Shown here: positions 18,616 to 28,350 of the stretch, one piece after another
Layout: each line of letters starts with the position of its first letter
Numbering within the stretch: position 1 is the first letter of the stretch
NCBI GenBank assembly: GCA_963735805.1
Contig: CAVTMK010000004.1
Location: forward strand, 288,001-352,000
Direction of reading: 5' to 3'
Length of the DNA stretch: 64,000 nt
DNA from: an uncultured Verrucomicrobiae bacterium
GTDB taxonomy: Bacteria; Verrucomicrobiota; Verrucomicrobiia; Chthoniobacterales; UBA10450
The notes under the pieces: generated by a model
The model's database searches: none
The model's input: the letters and a program-made list of their open reading frames with translations, nothing else
Told to the model about the DNA's origin: nothing
Made by a program: the position numbers and the translations under genes

Positions 18616-19776
18616 ATGTTTCTGACCCATCTTGAATGTACCGCCTGTGGGCTTCAGCATCCATGGTCGTGCCTGCAGAATCTCTGTCTTTCCTGCCATA
18701 AACCGCTCTTTGCGATTGTTGATCTGAGCGCTGCAAGTCGGACTCTGAAACGCGAGACGCTGACGAAGCGAGAAAAATCATTGTGGCGTTATCGCGAACT
18801 GCTGCCGCTGCCCGGCAACGCAGAGCCGGTTTCGTTAGGCGAAGGTGGAACACCCTTATTGCGCGCGAAAAAATTTGGCGGCGACGTCGATCTCTGGGTC
18901 AAGGACGAATCAGTAAACCCGACGCAGAGTTTCAAGGCGCGCGGGATGAGCGTCGCCGTATCCATGGCCAAACATCTTGGTGCGACTCGGCTCGCTGTGC
19001 CTAGCGCCGGTAATGCCGGCGGAGCGCTAGCTGCCTATGGTGCCCGAGCCGGCCTCGAAACCCACATTTTCATGCCGCGCGATACACCGCGCGCAAACAT
19101 TATTGAATGCCGTGAGTTGGGCGCTCACGTCACACTGATCGATGGTCTGATTACGGATTGCGGCGCTGAGATTGCCCGACGTAAGGCAAAAGAAGGCTGG
19201 TTCGACATGTCCACGCTCAAAGAGCCGTATCGCGTCGAGGGTAAAAAGACACTCGGCTACGAACTGGCCGAACAATTCGACTGGCAATTGCCCGATGTAA
19301 TTCTTTACCCCACCGGGGGGGGCACCGGGCTCATTGGAATGTGGAAGGCTTTTGATGAAATGCAGGCGCTCGGCTGGATTGGAAAGAAACGTCCTCGCAT
19401 GTTCGCGGTGCAAGCCGCTGGTTGCGCGCCAATCGTGCGTGCGTTCGATGCCGGAGAGAGAAGCGCAGTCGAATTTCCTAATGCGCACACAATGGCCTCT
19501 GGTCTGCGCGTTCCAAAAGCGATCGGAGATTTTCTGATCCTGAGTATTCTTCGTAAGTCCGACGGCGGTGTCATTGCTGTCGATGACGAAGAAATGATCC
19601 GTGTCGGGCGCGAAGTGGGCTCGAGCGAGGGGCTCTTTGTTGCTCCCGAAGCGGCAGCCTGCTTCGCTGCTTTAAAGTCGCTTAGTTCCGCAGGCAAAAT
19701 TCGTCCCGGTGACCGCGTCGTCATTTTCAACACAGGGTCCGGAATTAAATACCTCGACTGCTACCCAGACGGTTAA
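18616..19776 (+). CDS. thrC: Threonine synthase (PLP fold II)
   Basis: CxxC...Cxx[49 protein letters not shown]. Confidence 0.9.
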   Translation: MFLTHLECTACGLQHPWSCLQNLCLSCHKPLFAIVDLSAASRTLKRETLTKREKSLWRYRELLPLPGNAEPVSLGEGGTPLLRAKKFGGDVDLWVKDESVNPTQSFKARGMSVAVSMAKHLGATRLAVPSAGNAGGALAAYGARAGLETHIFMPRDTPRANIIECRELGAHVTLIDGLITDCGAEIARRKAKEGWFDMSTLKEPYRVEGKKTLGYELAEQFDWQLPDVILYPTGGGTGLIGMWKAFDEMQALGWIGKKRPRMFAVQAAGCAPIVRAFDAGERSAVEFPNAHTMASGLRVPKAIGDFLILSILRKSDGGVIAVDDEEMIRVGREVGSSEGLFVAPEAAACFAALKSLSSAGKIRPGDRVVIFNTGSGIKYLDCYPDG

Positions 19777-19786
19777 TCAACCTTTC

Positions 19787-20677
19787 TCATACCCGCTTAC
19801 CCACAAATATCGAGATGCGTTTGGTAAAAGCCTTCGCTGGTTCGGCATAGAAACGTCGCCCGAGTTCGAGGGCATTCCTGCGCAGTCGGTTGCCTCGTTT
19901 ACGGGTTAGCTTCTCTAGATGTATGAGTTCCTGGCGCAGCACTTCATCACCGCATTCCTTTTCGAGGCGCGCCCAAAGAAAGACCAAATCATGTTCTCGT
20001 CCAAGCAACTCGCCCAGGACTTCTGCGTTGTGCGCAATCTCGGTCAGGACAACGCGATTAAGGGGCTCCAAAATGCGCAATTGATACCAGATATCTTTCA
20101 CCCGCTTTCGCCAGGAGTGAAAATTTTCCGGCTCCGGGTGGTTAATTGTTTTTGCGAGGCCGCGTTGGCCGCGTTTGTAGATCTTGCAGACTGCGCCCCA
20201 AACTTGCTTCCATGTCAGATCGTCCAGCGGCCAATTCAAAAGGCGCGCCTGCACCCGCTCGAGCTGCGGGACCGCTAGTTTTTGCCAGCCGGCAAATGCT
20301 GCAGAAAAACTTTCTCGTTCCAGTGACAATAATTCTTCAAGGCGTGGAAACGGACCGTCTGCTTGATCTTTCGCAGTCTGGCCGCGCAATTGTATGAGAG
20401 TTTGCAGACGCACTTGCGCATCGCGCAAGTCCGAAACGAGCCGGCCGATCTTGCGTACGCAGCGATCCTCACGTGCATGTTTGTCTTTGCCTATTTCAGG
20501 AATGGTCAGGCGCATCGCCGCACGTAGCTTTTTAAGGTGTTTACGCACTTCGTGTACAGTGACGCCTCGTTGTTTTGCTGGGTGTCGACACAATTCGAGA
20601 GCGGACTCGATCTGTTCCCGAAAGATTCTTTTTAGTCCATCGGGCAGCGTTTCGCGTAACTTTAAACTGAAGCCCAT
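19787..20677 (-). CDS. CHAD domain (polyphosphate-binding) protein
   Basis: VHEVRKHLKKLRA, LRD..V, FHSWRKRVK...YQ, LGELLG.EHDL. Confidence 0.92.
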   Translation of the reverse strand: MGFSLKLRETLPDGLKRIFREQIESALELCRHPAKQRGVTVHEVRKHLKKLRAAMRLTIPEIGKDKHAREDRCVRKIGRLVSDLRDAQVRLQTLIQLRGQTAKDQADGPFPRLEELLSLERESFSAAFAGWQKLAVPQLERVQARLLNWPLDDLTWKQVWGAVCKIYKRGQRGLAKTINHPEPENFHSWRKRVKDIWYQLRILEPLNRVVLTEIAHNAEVLGELLGREHDLVFLWARLEKECGDEVLRQELIHLEKLTRKRGNRLRRNALELGRRFYAEPAKAFTKRISIFVGKRV

Positions 20678-20689
20678 AAATGCTTGTGT

Positions 20690-21169
20690 TTACTCGTTAG
20701 CCAGTCGCACGTTGCTGTAACGTTTCTCCCCGGTCACTTCCCGTCCAAACCAGGAAGGCGGTTTAAATCTTCGGCAACTGGCGCGGTTGGGGAATTCCAC
20801 CTCGGCCACCACCAGACCGGCGTGTCTCCCCTGATAAATGTCAATCTCAATGACGAGATTTTTCCAGGGAATTTCGCAACGCACCTTGCGCAATCTTCTG
20901 CCGGTTGTCCCCGGCCAGAGTGCGTCGAATTGTTTTGGGCTGAGCCTGATCTCGCGTTCTTCCCGATGTGCGCTGCGGCCCACCTTGAAAGTCAGTGATG
21001 CGGTTTTGCCTCTTTTGCGGAGACGGACCTGTCTGCCCGCCGATTCACTCGCCAGATAACCTTGCTCGATAATGTAGCACCGCGAGCCCTTTAGTTTGTC
21101 GGGCAGCCGCTTGAGCAAAAATTTGCGTTCGATTTCCCGATTGTTTGTTGCCCGAGCATTTTTTTGCAC
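20690..21169 (-). CDS. CYTH domain triphosphate tunnel metalloenzyme
   Basis: EIERKFLL, I.QGYL, VRLR, K.R, EID, AEVEF, WFGREVTG...Y.N. Confidence 0.93.
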   Translation of the reverse strand: MQKNARATNNREIERKFLLKRLPDKLKGSRCYIIEQGYLASESAGRQVRLRKRGKTASLTFKVGRSAHREEREIRLSPKQFDALWPGTTGRRLRKVRCEIPWKNLVIEIDIYQGRHAGLVVAEVEFPNRASCRRFKPPSWFGREVTGEKRYSNVRLANE

Positions 21170-21320
21170 AAGGCCAACATGCTAAACGCGATGAGCTTGC
21201 TGTCGAGAATTTCGCGTTGGCGAACACACCAGGTCGAACACGTTGTTTTCACGCCGTTGCGAGCGCTTGAACGGAATTTACGGGCGGAATCGCGATTCCG
21301 CCCGCATTGGACGCCACGCA

Positions 21321-21590
21321 TTAAGTCAGTGCGCGCTGGAAGAATTCGTTCAAGGCGTCTGCGGCTGCGAGGATTGGCCAGGCTGAGATCGCCACGATAA
21401 TCGCAAAGAAAAGTGCCTCAAATGCAAACTCCAAACGGTTTTCCGTCGCGAAATAAGCGCGGGCTAATTCGCGGGACGATCGGATGGTGGTGGAAGTTTT
21501 CTTCGATCTTCCGTTGATCACTATTCTTTTCACGGATGCTTCCTTGGGGATTCCGTGGAAAACCGTTCTCCTCACTGTAATCACGTTCAT
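21321..21590 (-). CDS. Small membrane hypothetical protein
   Basis: Basic N-terminus, single TM (EALFFAIIVAISAWPIL); co-oriented with the cluster. Confidence 0.65.
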   Translation of the reverse strand: MNVITVRRTVFHGIPKEASVKRIVINGRSKKTSTTIRSSRELARAYFATENRLEFAFEALFFAIIVAISAWPILAAADALNEFFQRALT

Positions 21591-21624
21591 GGTCGAACAT
21601 TCGATCGGTAGTGAGAGCCGTCAG

Positions 21625-21672
21625 GTTACGAATTGTCAAAAGCGCGTGACGACGCGGTGACATCGCAAGACG
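21625..21672 (-). promoter_or_regulatory. Pho-box-like direct repeats upstream of the 21590 gene
   Basis: Minus strand CGTCTT, TGTCAC, CGTCAC, CGTAAC at 10/11/21-bp spacing. Confidence 0.5.
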
Positions 21673-21742
21673 ATGTGTTGCACGAACCGGGGCTGCAATG
21701 CCTTGGGCGGAGACACCAAGACAGGCGCTTGCCACAAACTCT

Positions 21743-22636
21743 TTAGCCCGCAGACATTCCTTGTGGCTCCAGTGAATCGACGGATGGGCTCGCCGCTGGC
21801 TGGCCAGCTGGGAACGGATCGTAGTTCACGAGCGCTATGATGCCATCCTCACCTTCGACCAATGCCGAGCAACTCTCCACCCAGTCACCGCAGTTGTAAT
21901 ACGTGACCTTGCCGAACTCCCGGATGGCCGGACTATGGATGTGGCCGCATAGAACGGCATCCACTTGATGGCGCTCCGCGTAATGCGCGACGGCGGCCTC
22001 GAATTTGCCTATAAAGCTAACGGCGTCTTTCACACGTCGCTTTGCATAGGCGCTCAGCGACCAATAGCCCAGACCAAACCGTCGTCTTACGAAATTGATG
22101 AACGGATTCATGGATAGCAAGAATTGATAGCCAAGATCGCCTGCGAAGGCGAGCCACTTCACGTTTTGCACGACCGCGTCGAGCTCATGGCCATGAATGA
22201 TTAAGATACGTTCCCCGCACGCTGTCACATGGATGGCGTTCTGTCTGATGTCGATGTTTCCATAAGCGCCCAGGAAACTGGTCACGAGTTCGTCATGATT
22301 TCCCGGGACATAAATTACGCGTGTTCCCTTGCGAGCTTTGCGCAGGATTTTTTGGATGACGTCGTTATGTTGCTGCGGCCAATAAATTCCACGGCGCAGC
22401 GACCAGATATCGATAAGGTCTCCAACTATATACAGCGTCTCGAAGTCGTTCTGGCGCAGAAAATCGAGCAGCGCTGTGGCATTGCAGCCGCGTGTGCCCA
22501 GGTGAGCGTCGGAAATCCAACCAGCTTTATAACGCCTTGGCAGTGGCAGTTGCTCCAGCGATTTCCCAAACGAGAAACGCTGTTGAGCCGTGAAGATCTG
22601 CGTTGAATCCCTTCGGGGAAAGGTGAACGCTTGCAT
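21743..22636 (-). CDS. Calcineurin-like metallophosphoesterase (LpxH-like family)
   Basis: SDAHLG, GDLID, PGNHD, IHGH, CGHIH, N.GDWVES. Confidence 0.9.
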   Translation of the reverse strand: MQAFTFPRRDSTQIFTAQQRFSFGKSLEQLPLPRRYKAGWISDAHLGTRGCNATALLDFLRQNDFETLYIVGDLIDIWSLRRGIYWPQQHNDVIQKILRKARKGTRVIYVPGNHDELVTSFLGAYGNIDIRQNAIHVTACGERILIIHGHELDAVVQNVKWLAFAGDLGYQFLLSMNPFINFVRRRFGLGYWSLSAYAKRRVKDAVSFIGKFEAAVAHYAERHQVDAVLCGHIHSPAIREFGKVTYYNCGDWVESCSALVEGEDGIIALVNYDPFPAGQPAASPSVDSLEPQGMSAG

Positions 22637-22679
22637 TCCCGGTCAGGGGCAAGCGTAAGAATCAACCGGTGCCGTTGCA

Positions 22680-22707
22680 AAAGAATTACTGTTACGTTTG
22701 TGTGGCA
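22680..22707. repeat. Direct repeat copy 1 flanking porin 1 (Pho-box-like)
   Basis: AAAGAATTACTGTTACGTTT identical to 24542..24561. Confidence 0.75.
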
Positions 22708-22730
22708 AGATGAGCCGCTAACCTGACGGG

Positions 22731-24329
22731 CTAGAAATTAACGCTCAGGTCTGCCTGGAATAGTTGATACTGATCGAGGGGATTGATGGGGATATCGCCG
22801 GTGCCGCCTGTACCCAGCGACTCATCAACGCGCCAGGCATAGGCATAGGTAAGTTGGAGAACAATAGCATCGGCTACCATGTACCCCGCGCGCACGCCCA
22901 CGCCTTCCATGTTCAAACGGGCGTCGAACAGGTCAGAATCAATCAGATTCGGATCAAGCGCGTATTGGTCTTGGTGTTGCCACCAGGCGCTGATCTGCCA
23001 ATCGCGCTTCTTCTTCAACTGTCCAATACCGAGACCGATCTGGTATGCGTAGCGGTCGCCGCCCTTGCCTGGAAAGCCCGCGGCCGCGGCGCGATCGTCA
23101 GCCTCGAAGTTCGTTGCAAAATCCCCAAAGATACGCATCGGAATTTTTCCAATTTTCCAGCCTATTTCGGCAGGTATATCAAAAACCAAAAGACTATTGA
23201 TGCCCGTTTGATTGGGAGTGGGACTGGGACTGGGACCTGGGGGCTGGCCTGAAAAATGGATGCTAAAATCTTTGCCGTTGCCGGTGTAGTTGTAGAGCGC
23301 TGGCGCCAGTTGGAAGTAAACGACGTGCGGAAAATCAAGCTTCGCTCCGATTTGCCAACCGAGCAGGAATGCGTTGGTGTTCGGGATAAGCTGAGTCTCG
23401 CCTCCTATAGGCTGCACTTGCGTCGGTCGCGCGCCGATCGGGTTTGTCGGATTCGAATCGTCATAAACGAATTGGCCGAAGTTTGCGAAAACATCCAATT
23501 TCAAGAACGGCTCCGACGGCGAAGGCGCCACTGTTTTACCGTCTTTGCTGAATGATTCAGGCGGGGGGGCTTCTCCTCCAAATGTGAAGGTGCGTTTCCA
23601 CTGCTCCGCCAAGCCTTCCACGTTAATGTCGTCGTCCCACACCAGCAGCGTCTTCACGAATGGAATCGCAAACCGGCCCCCTGTCAGAGTGACGCCGGGA
23701 AAACCTTTGTAACCTAGATAGGCTTGTCCCACGGCAATGCCATCGTTGCCTTTGTTAAACGGGCCATTGCCATTGCCAGCGTCACCTCCCATTGTAACGT
23801 TCGTCGAGCGAGCGCTCGAGCTCGTCTCCAATCGGAGCCCGAAAAACCAATCATCCAGCACCGTTCCTTTCAATCCGACGCGCAAACGGTAACGTTCACG
23901 TTCCTCCTCATACCAATCATTTGGGTGCGGCGAATCCTGGCTGGGAAATCTGCCGCCACGGTATTCGTATCGCAGTCGCAAGTCGCCGAAGAGTTCCAAT
24001 TCGGTGATTGCCGGAAACAATTTCCATTTGTCCCCACTTTGTAACTCGGGAACGGATTTCTCGACGTATGTCTTTCCCTCGCTGGTCACCTGCGTCTTGG
24101 TTTTGCCTTCCTGTGTCAGCGCAGGCGTCCGTGCTGAGTGCTTCTTTAATGATGCAACCTCCTGTTCAAGCTCGGCATTGCGCTTCTGTAGCTGGCTGAC
24201 GGCCTGCTCGAGTTTTTGAAGCCGGGCTTCGTCGGACGCTGTTTGGGCGCCGAGCGATTGCGCGGCAATCGAAATGATTCCAGCCAGGCTGGCGCTGGCT
24301 GCTTGCGAGATGGTTTTGTTGATACGCAT
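22731..24329 (-). CDS. Putative outer-membrane porin (Porin_5-like), paralog 1
   Basis: Signal peptide, coiled coil, GDLRLRYE, R.RYRLR.G, WDDDIN.EG, DSD, terminal FQADLSVNF. Confidence 0.85.
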   Translation of the reverse strand: MRINKTISQAASASLAGIISIAAQSLGAQTASDEARLQKLEQAVSQLQKRNAELEQEVASLKKHSARTPALTQEGKTKTQVTSEGKTYVEKSVPELQSGDKWKLFPAITELELFGDLRLRYEYRGGRFPSQDSPHPNDWYEEERERYRLRVGLKGTVLDDWFFGLRLETSSSARSTNVTMGGDAGNGNGPFNKGNDGIAVGQAYLGYKGFPGVTLTGGRFAIPFVKTLLVWDDDINVEGLAEQWKRTFTFGGEAPPPESFSKDGKTVAPSPSEPFLKLDVFANFGQFVYDDSNPTNPIGARPTQVQPIGGETQLIPNTNAFLLGWQIGAKLDFPHVVYFQLAPALYNYTGNGKDFSIHFSGQPPGPSPSPTPNQTGINSLLVFDIPAEIGWKIGKIPMRIFGDFATNFEADDRAAAAGFPGKGGDRYAYQIGLGIGQLKKKRDWQISAWWQHQDQYALDPNLIDSDLFDARLNMEGVGVRAGYMVADAIVLQLTYAYAWRVDESLGTGGTGDIPINPLDQYQLFQADLSVNF

Positions 24330-24396
24330 TCGTTTTCTCCTTTGTTTTGATCATCTTTCAGCTGCCTTGATACTCGGGTTTCAGTGAACGCCGTCG

Positions 24397-24440
24397 AGGC
24401 TAGGAGCCGATTATTACAGCTTCAAGACGAAAACGTGAGG
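24397..24440 (-). promoter_or_regulatory. Porin 1 promoter: 11-bp repeats plus TAGCCT -10-like box
   Basis: Minus strand CCTCAC/CGTCTT/TGTAAT at 11-bp period, 10 nt from TAGCCT; homologous to 26835..26878. Confidence 0.55.
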
Positions 24441-24541
24441 ATTCGGCCAGTCGTGAAAATTCGCGCCGAACCATTCAGCGAAAAGCAAACGGCTGCATTC
24501 CCAGTGAGCACGGAGCGTAGGGATCGCTGCGTGCCCCAGCT

Positions 24542-24570
24542 AAAGAATTACTGTTACGTTTTGTGTGAAC
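24542..24570. repeat. Direct repeat copy 2
   Basis: 20-bp identity with 22680..22699, continuing as GTGTG...AGATG.GCCGCT. Confidence 0.75.
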
Positions 24571-24657
24571 CCAAAGAGATGGCCGCTGAGGAAACGAAGA
24601 ATGCGATTGAAACGCGGATGCCAGGTCTGGGTGACAGCCTTCGTGTAGGCTTCGGGA

Positions 24658-25002
24658 TCAATTTTTTTGCCCGATGGCCGAGACGAGGTCCCCAATGAGA
24701 GAGTCGATCTTGCGCAAATCCTTCCGTCGGCCCTTTTCCGGTTTCAGCTTACGATTACGAACAACGATGGTGAGATCGCGGACTTGGTGCAGCATTGCGC
24801 GGGAGACGTGTTCGATCGGACCGCATGCCCTGAGAACGGCGAGACAAACAAGCAGATCATTTTCAAGCCGGGCAACGTATGCCCTGGCGGTCGTTCGCAA
24901 ATCGCGGTGCAACGCGTGAAGTTCTGATTCAAGCATCGTGACCGGCGACGACTCCCGGTCTCCTCGACGACGGGCTGCTTTGCGTTTGGCCTTTGCTTTC
25001 AT
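24658..25002 (-). CDS. Small basic helical hypothetical protein
   Basis: ATG start, K/R-rich ends (KPEKGRRKDLRKID), co-oriented between the porins. Confidence 0.65.
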   Translation of the reverse strand: MKAKAKRKAARRRGDRESSPVTMLESELHALHRDLRTTARAYVARLENDLLVCLAVLRACGPIEHVSRAMLHQVRDLTIVVRNRKLKPEKGRRKDLRKIDSLIGDLVSAIGQKN

Positions 25003-25088
25003 GCCGCGGAGCCTATCACATGCGCTGTGGCGACCTGGCCGAGCCTACAATGCTGCCTTTCTGGGAAACAACGATTCGATCGAAGACA

Positions 25089-25120
25089 AGCCCGCCGGGG
25101 AGGCGTCTTCCCGGCGGGCT
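25089..25120 (-). terminator. Hairpin downstream of porin 2
   Basis: AGCCCGCCGGG ... CCCGGCGGGCT 11-bp stem; weak U-tract. Confidence 0.55.
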
Positions 25121-25168
25121 CTGATTGACCTAACCAAATCGTAATTGCTCAGATGAAATTTTCTTGGC

Positions 25169-26803
25169 TTAAAATTTAAAATTCAAATTCGCCTGGAATA
25201 ATTGATATTGGTCGGTCGGATTGATGGTTATGTCCCCCGTTCCCCCTGTGCCGTAGGAGCCGTTGATGCGCCAGGCATACGAGTAAGTGAAGTTCAAGAG
25301 GACTGCATCAGCCAGCATGTATCCGGCATTCAGGACGAAGCCTTGATGGTTCAGCTGGCTGTTGAACAGGTCTGAATCGATCAGGTTGGGATCCAGCGAG
25401 AATTGTTCCTGGTGTTGCCAATAGCCCTCGATCTGCCAGTCGTGCTTCTTCTTTAGCTGACCAATACCGAGACCAGCTTGATAAGCGTAGCGCTGGCCAC
25501 CGCCCCCTGCGTGGCCCGCTGCCGTAGCGCGATCATCCGCATCGAAGTTCGTTGCGAAATCCCCGAAGGCGCGCATCGGAATTTTCCCAACTTTCCAGCC
25601 GATCTCGGCGGGGATATCGAAAACCAAAAGACTGTTGATACCCGTTTGATTGCCACCGGGATCGCCTGAGTAATGAATGTTAAACGTGTTGCCGTCGCCG
25701 GTGTAGTTGTAGAGAGTTGGTGCCAGCTGGAAGTACGCGATATGCGGGAAATCGAACTTCGCTCCAACCTGCCAGCCCAGCATGAATGCATTGGCGAGCG
25801 GCACCTGCTGAGTCTCACCGCCTATTGGCTGCGTCGTTGTCGGGGGTGGTCCAATTGGGTTTGACGGGTTTGAATCGTCATAAACAAACTGACCGAAGTT
25901 AGCGAAGACGTCGATTTTCATCAACGGTTCGGCTAGAGGTGGCGGGGCTACATTTTTCCCGTCCTTGTCATAGGAGACTGGCGCCGCTGCTCCGGCACCG
26001 ATGGTGAACGTATGTTTCCACTGTTCCGCCAAGCCTTCCGGATTGATGTCGTCATCCCACACCATTCGAGTATTGATGAACGGGTTCGGCATTCGACCGC
26101 CGGTGAATGTAAAGCCGGGGAAGCCTTTGTAGCCTCCGTATGCCTGGCCGACATAGACGCCGTCATCCCCTTTTGCGAACGGTCCGCCGCCACCGGGGGA
26201 GCTGGTCGATGTGTCACCGCCGAAAGTCACGTTCGTTGACCGCGCGCTGGCGCTGGTCTCCAGCCGGACCCCGAAGAACCAATCATCCAGCACGGTTCCA
26301 CGAAGGCCTATGCGAAGACGGTAACGTTCACGCTCGCGCTCCTGCCAATCATTTGCGTTATCCTGCCCAAACTGAAAGTGGTCGGGAAGTCTGCCGCCGC
26401 GATATTCATACCGCAGACGCATATCACCGAAGAGCTCCAATTCAGTGAGCCACGGGGACAATTTCCATATTTCGGGCTTTTCCAACCCGGGCACGATTTT
26501 CTCGACGTATGTCTTTCCGTCACTGGTGACTTCTGTTTTGACTTTCCCATCTGGTCCGAGCACGGGCGCCCACGTTGTGCGTTTCTTCAATCCTGAGACC
26601 TCCTGTTCTAACTCGGCGTTGCGCTTTTGTAGCTGGCTAACGGCCTGTTCGAGTTTTTGCAGCCGGGCATCGTCGGATCCTTGAGCTCTTAGCGGCTGTG
26701 CCGCGAGTGAAAGAAGTGCTGCAAGGCTCACGCCCAGTGCACGTAGAAGGGTTTTCTTGATGAACATTCGGTTTCTCCTTTTTGTGGTGGTTTTAAGCTG
26801 CAC
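25169..26803 (-). CDS. Putative outer-membrane porin (Porin_5-like), paralog 2
   Basis: Same motifs as paralog 1 with long identical blocks (RLQKLEQAVSQLQKRNAELEQEV; NQTGINSLLVFDIPAEIGWK); true start probably ATG 26767. Confidence 0.85.
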   Translation of the reverse strand: MQLKTTTKRRNRMFIKKTLLRALGVSLAALLSLAAQPLRAQGSDDARLQKLEQAVSQLQKRNAELEQEVSGLKKRTTWAPVLGPDGKVKTEVTSDGKTYVEKIVPGLEKPEIWKLSPWLTELELFGDMRLRYEYRGGRLPDHFQFGQDNANDWQERERERYRLRIGLRGTVLDDWFFGVRLETSASARSTNVTFGGDTSTSSPGGGGPFAKGDDGVYVGQAYGGYKGFPGFTFTGGRMPNPFINTRMVWDDDINPEGLAEQWKHTFTIGAGAAAPVSYDKDGKNVAPPPLAEPLMKIDVFANFGQFVYDDSNPSNPIGPPPTTTQPIGGETQQVPLANAFMLGWQVGAKFDFPHIAYFQLAPTLYNYTGDGNTFNIHYSGDPGGNQTGINSLLVFDIPAEIGWKVGKIPMRAFGDFATNFDADDRATAAGHAGGGGQRYAYQAGLGIGQLKKKHDWQIEGYWQHQEQFSLDPNLIDSDLFNSQLNHQGFVLNAGYMLADAVLLNFTYSYAWRINGSYGTGGTGDITINPTDQYQLFQANLNFKF

Positions 26804-26834
26804 TGAGGGGACTCGGTTCTGGTGAACGCGGTGG

Positions 26835-26878
26835 AGGCTAGAAACCGATTGTTACAGGCGTATGACGAAGAAGTAACA
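26835..26878 (-). promoter_or_regulatory. Porin 2 promoter: triple Pho-box-like repeat plus -10
   Basis: Minus strand TGTTAC-ttctt-CGTCAT-acgcc-TGTAAC, then 10 nt to TAGCCT. Confidence 0.65.
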
Positions 26879-26989
26879 ATTCGGCGAACTTTGGCGCAGC
26901 AGTGAATAAGCGGCGGCATTCAAGCCGCCGAGGCAAGAGAAGACGGCAACGCCGCCGTTGTTCCTGTCAGCTTTAGCGAAACGCCGTTT

Positions 26990-27418
26990 TTACGGCTTCG
27001 CTGTTGGCTGCGCCGAGGATGCCGGGGAAGAAGCAGGAGAAGCCTGAATTGGCGAACTCGCCGGAGAAGAAATAGGCGAAGGTTGAGCAGCCCCTGGAGC
27101 AGGCGAAGTTGCCGGTGCACTCTGCTGTTTCATCAACTCACGCCGGAACGCGCTCTCGCTACCAGTGCCCCGATGGGCATACAAGATCGACAAACCAAGC
27201 GTGAGCGCGAAGAAAATGCCGGCCAACCAAGCAGTAAACTTGACCAGCACGTTAGTCGTTTGCGCGCCAAAAATGTTTTCTGTGACCGCCCCGCCAAATG
27301 CAGCGCCCAAACCCTCGCTCTTTGGGCGTTGCATCAGGATGACGAGCACCATGAGAAGGGCAATCAGAACAAAAAATACTGAAAGCAGATTGATCAGAAG
27401 ATTCATCGGGGCGGGCAA
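26990..27418 (-). CDS. secG: Preprotein translocase subunit SecG
   Basis: ILMQRPKSEGLGAAFGG...FG...TN.L.K.T; Pro/Ser/Ala tail. Confidence 0.95.
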   Translation of the reverse strand: MPAPMNLLINLLSVFFVLIALLMVLVILMQRPKSEGLGAAFGGAVTENIFGAQTTNVLVKFTAWLAGIFFALTLGLSILYAHRGTGSESAFRRELMKQQSAPATSPAPGAAQPSPISSPASSPIQASPASSPASSAQPTAKP

Positions 27419-27546
27419 TATCGCCGTTAAATGTCCAATGACAAATGCTTAGCGCGTTGAAAGGCTAAAACGTTGTACCGCTGGGTCGAACCAATTTTTT
27501 TTGACGATTGAAACAATCGCGCTGGCCATTTGAAGCTCGTCATTTG

Positions 27547-28317
27547 TCACTGGTTATTGGTCATTTTGATTTGGTTCCAAATCGCGTCCATCTCCGCAAG
27601 ATCGACCTCGCCCAAATTTTTGCCGCGCGCATTCAATTCGTTCTCCAGTAGATTGAATCGTGCCACAAATTTGTCAGTTGCGGCTTGCAACGCGTTTTCT
27701 GAATCGAGTTTGCATTTGCGCGCGAGATTCACGACTGCGAACAGCAGATCGCCTACTTCGTCTTCGATCGATTTCTGATTTTGTTCCAGGATGGCCTGCC
27801 TTAACTCCTGAATTTCTTCCTCAACCTTTGCAATCACGTCGCCTATTTCGACCCAGTCGAAATTGACGCGGGCAACTTTCGACTGTGCTTTTTGTGCGCG
27901 CACCAAGGCAGGGAGCGCAGTTGGCAAATCACCGAGATAATGTTTGCCCGCCTTCTCAGCGCGTTTGATCGATTCCCATTGTCTTAATACTGCGCTGCTG
28001 TCCCGCGCATCGCTGGTGCCGAACACATGCGGGTGACGCCGAATCAGTTTGTTCGTTACATCCTTGAGCACTCCATTGATGTCGAACTGACCGGATTCGC
28101 TCGCGATCTCGGCGTGCATCACGATCAGCAGCAGTAAATCGCCAAGTTCTTCGCGAAAATTTGCGCTATCCCTGGCGCGCACCGCCCCGGTCACTTCGTA
28201 TGCCTCTTCGATCAAAGCAGGCACCAACGATTCATGAGTTTGTTCCCGATCCCAGGGACAGCCATCCGGAGATCGAAGCTTCGCGACGATTTCGCAAAGT
28301 TTTTCAAACGCAGTCAT
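27547..28317 (-). CDS. mazG: Nucleoside triphosphate pyrophosphohydrolase MazG
   Basis: LRSPDGCPWDREQT, EEAYE, EELGDLL, KLIRRHPHVFG, second EVGDLLF. Confidence 0.96.
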   Translation of the reverse strand: MTAFEKLCEIVAKLRSPDGCPWDREQTHESLVPALIEEAYEVTGAVRARDSANFREELGDLLLLIVMHAEIASESGQFDINGVLKDVTNKLIRRHPHVFGTSDARDSSAVLRQWESIKRAEKAGKHYLGDLPTALPALVRAQKAQSKVARVNFDWVEIGDVIAKVEEEIQELRQAILEQNQKSIEDEVGDLLFAVVNLARKCKLDSENALQAATDKFVARFNLLENELNARGKNLGEVDLAEMDAIWNQIKMTNNQ

Positions 28318-28349
28318 TCTGAGCCCCTCTCGACTTCGCTCGTAATGAC
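28313..28349. repeat. Internally deleted family A repeat supplying the mazG start codon
   Basis: GTCATTCTGAGC...TCGACTTCGCTCGTAATGAC. Confidence 0.75.
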
Positions 28350-28350
28350 A

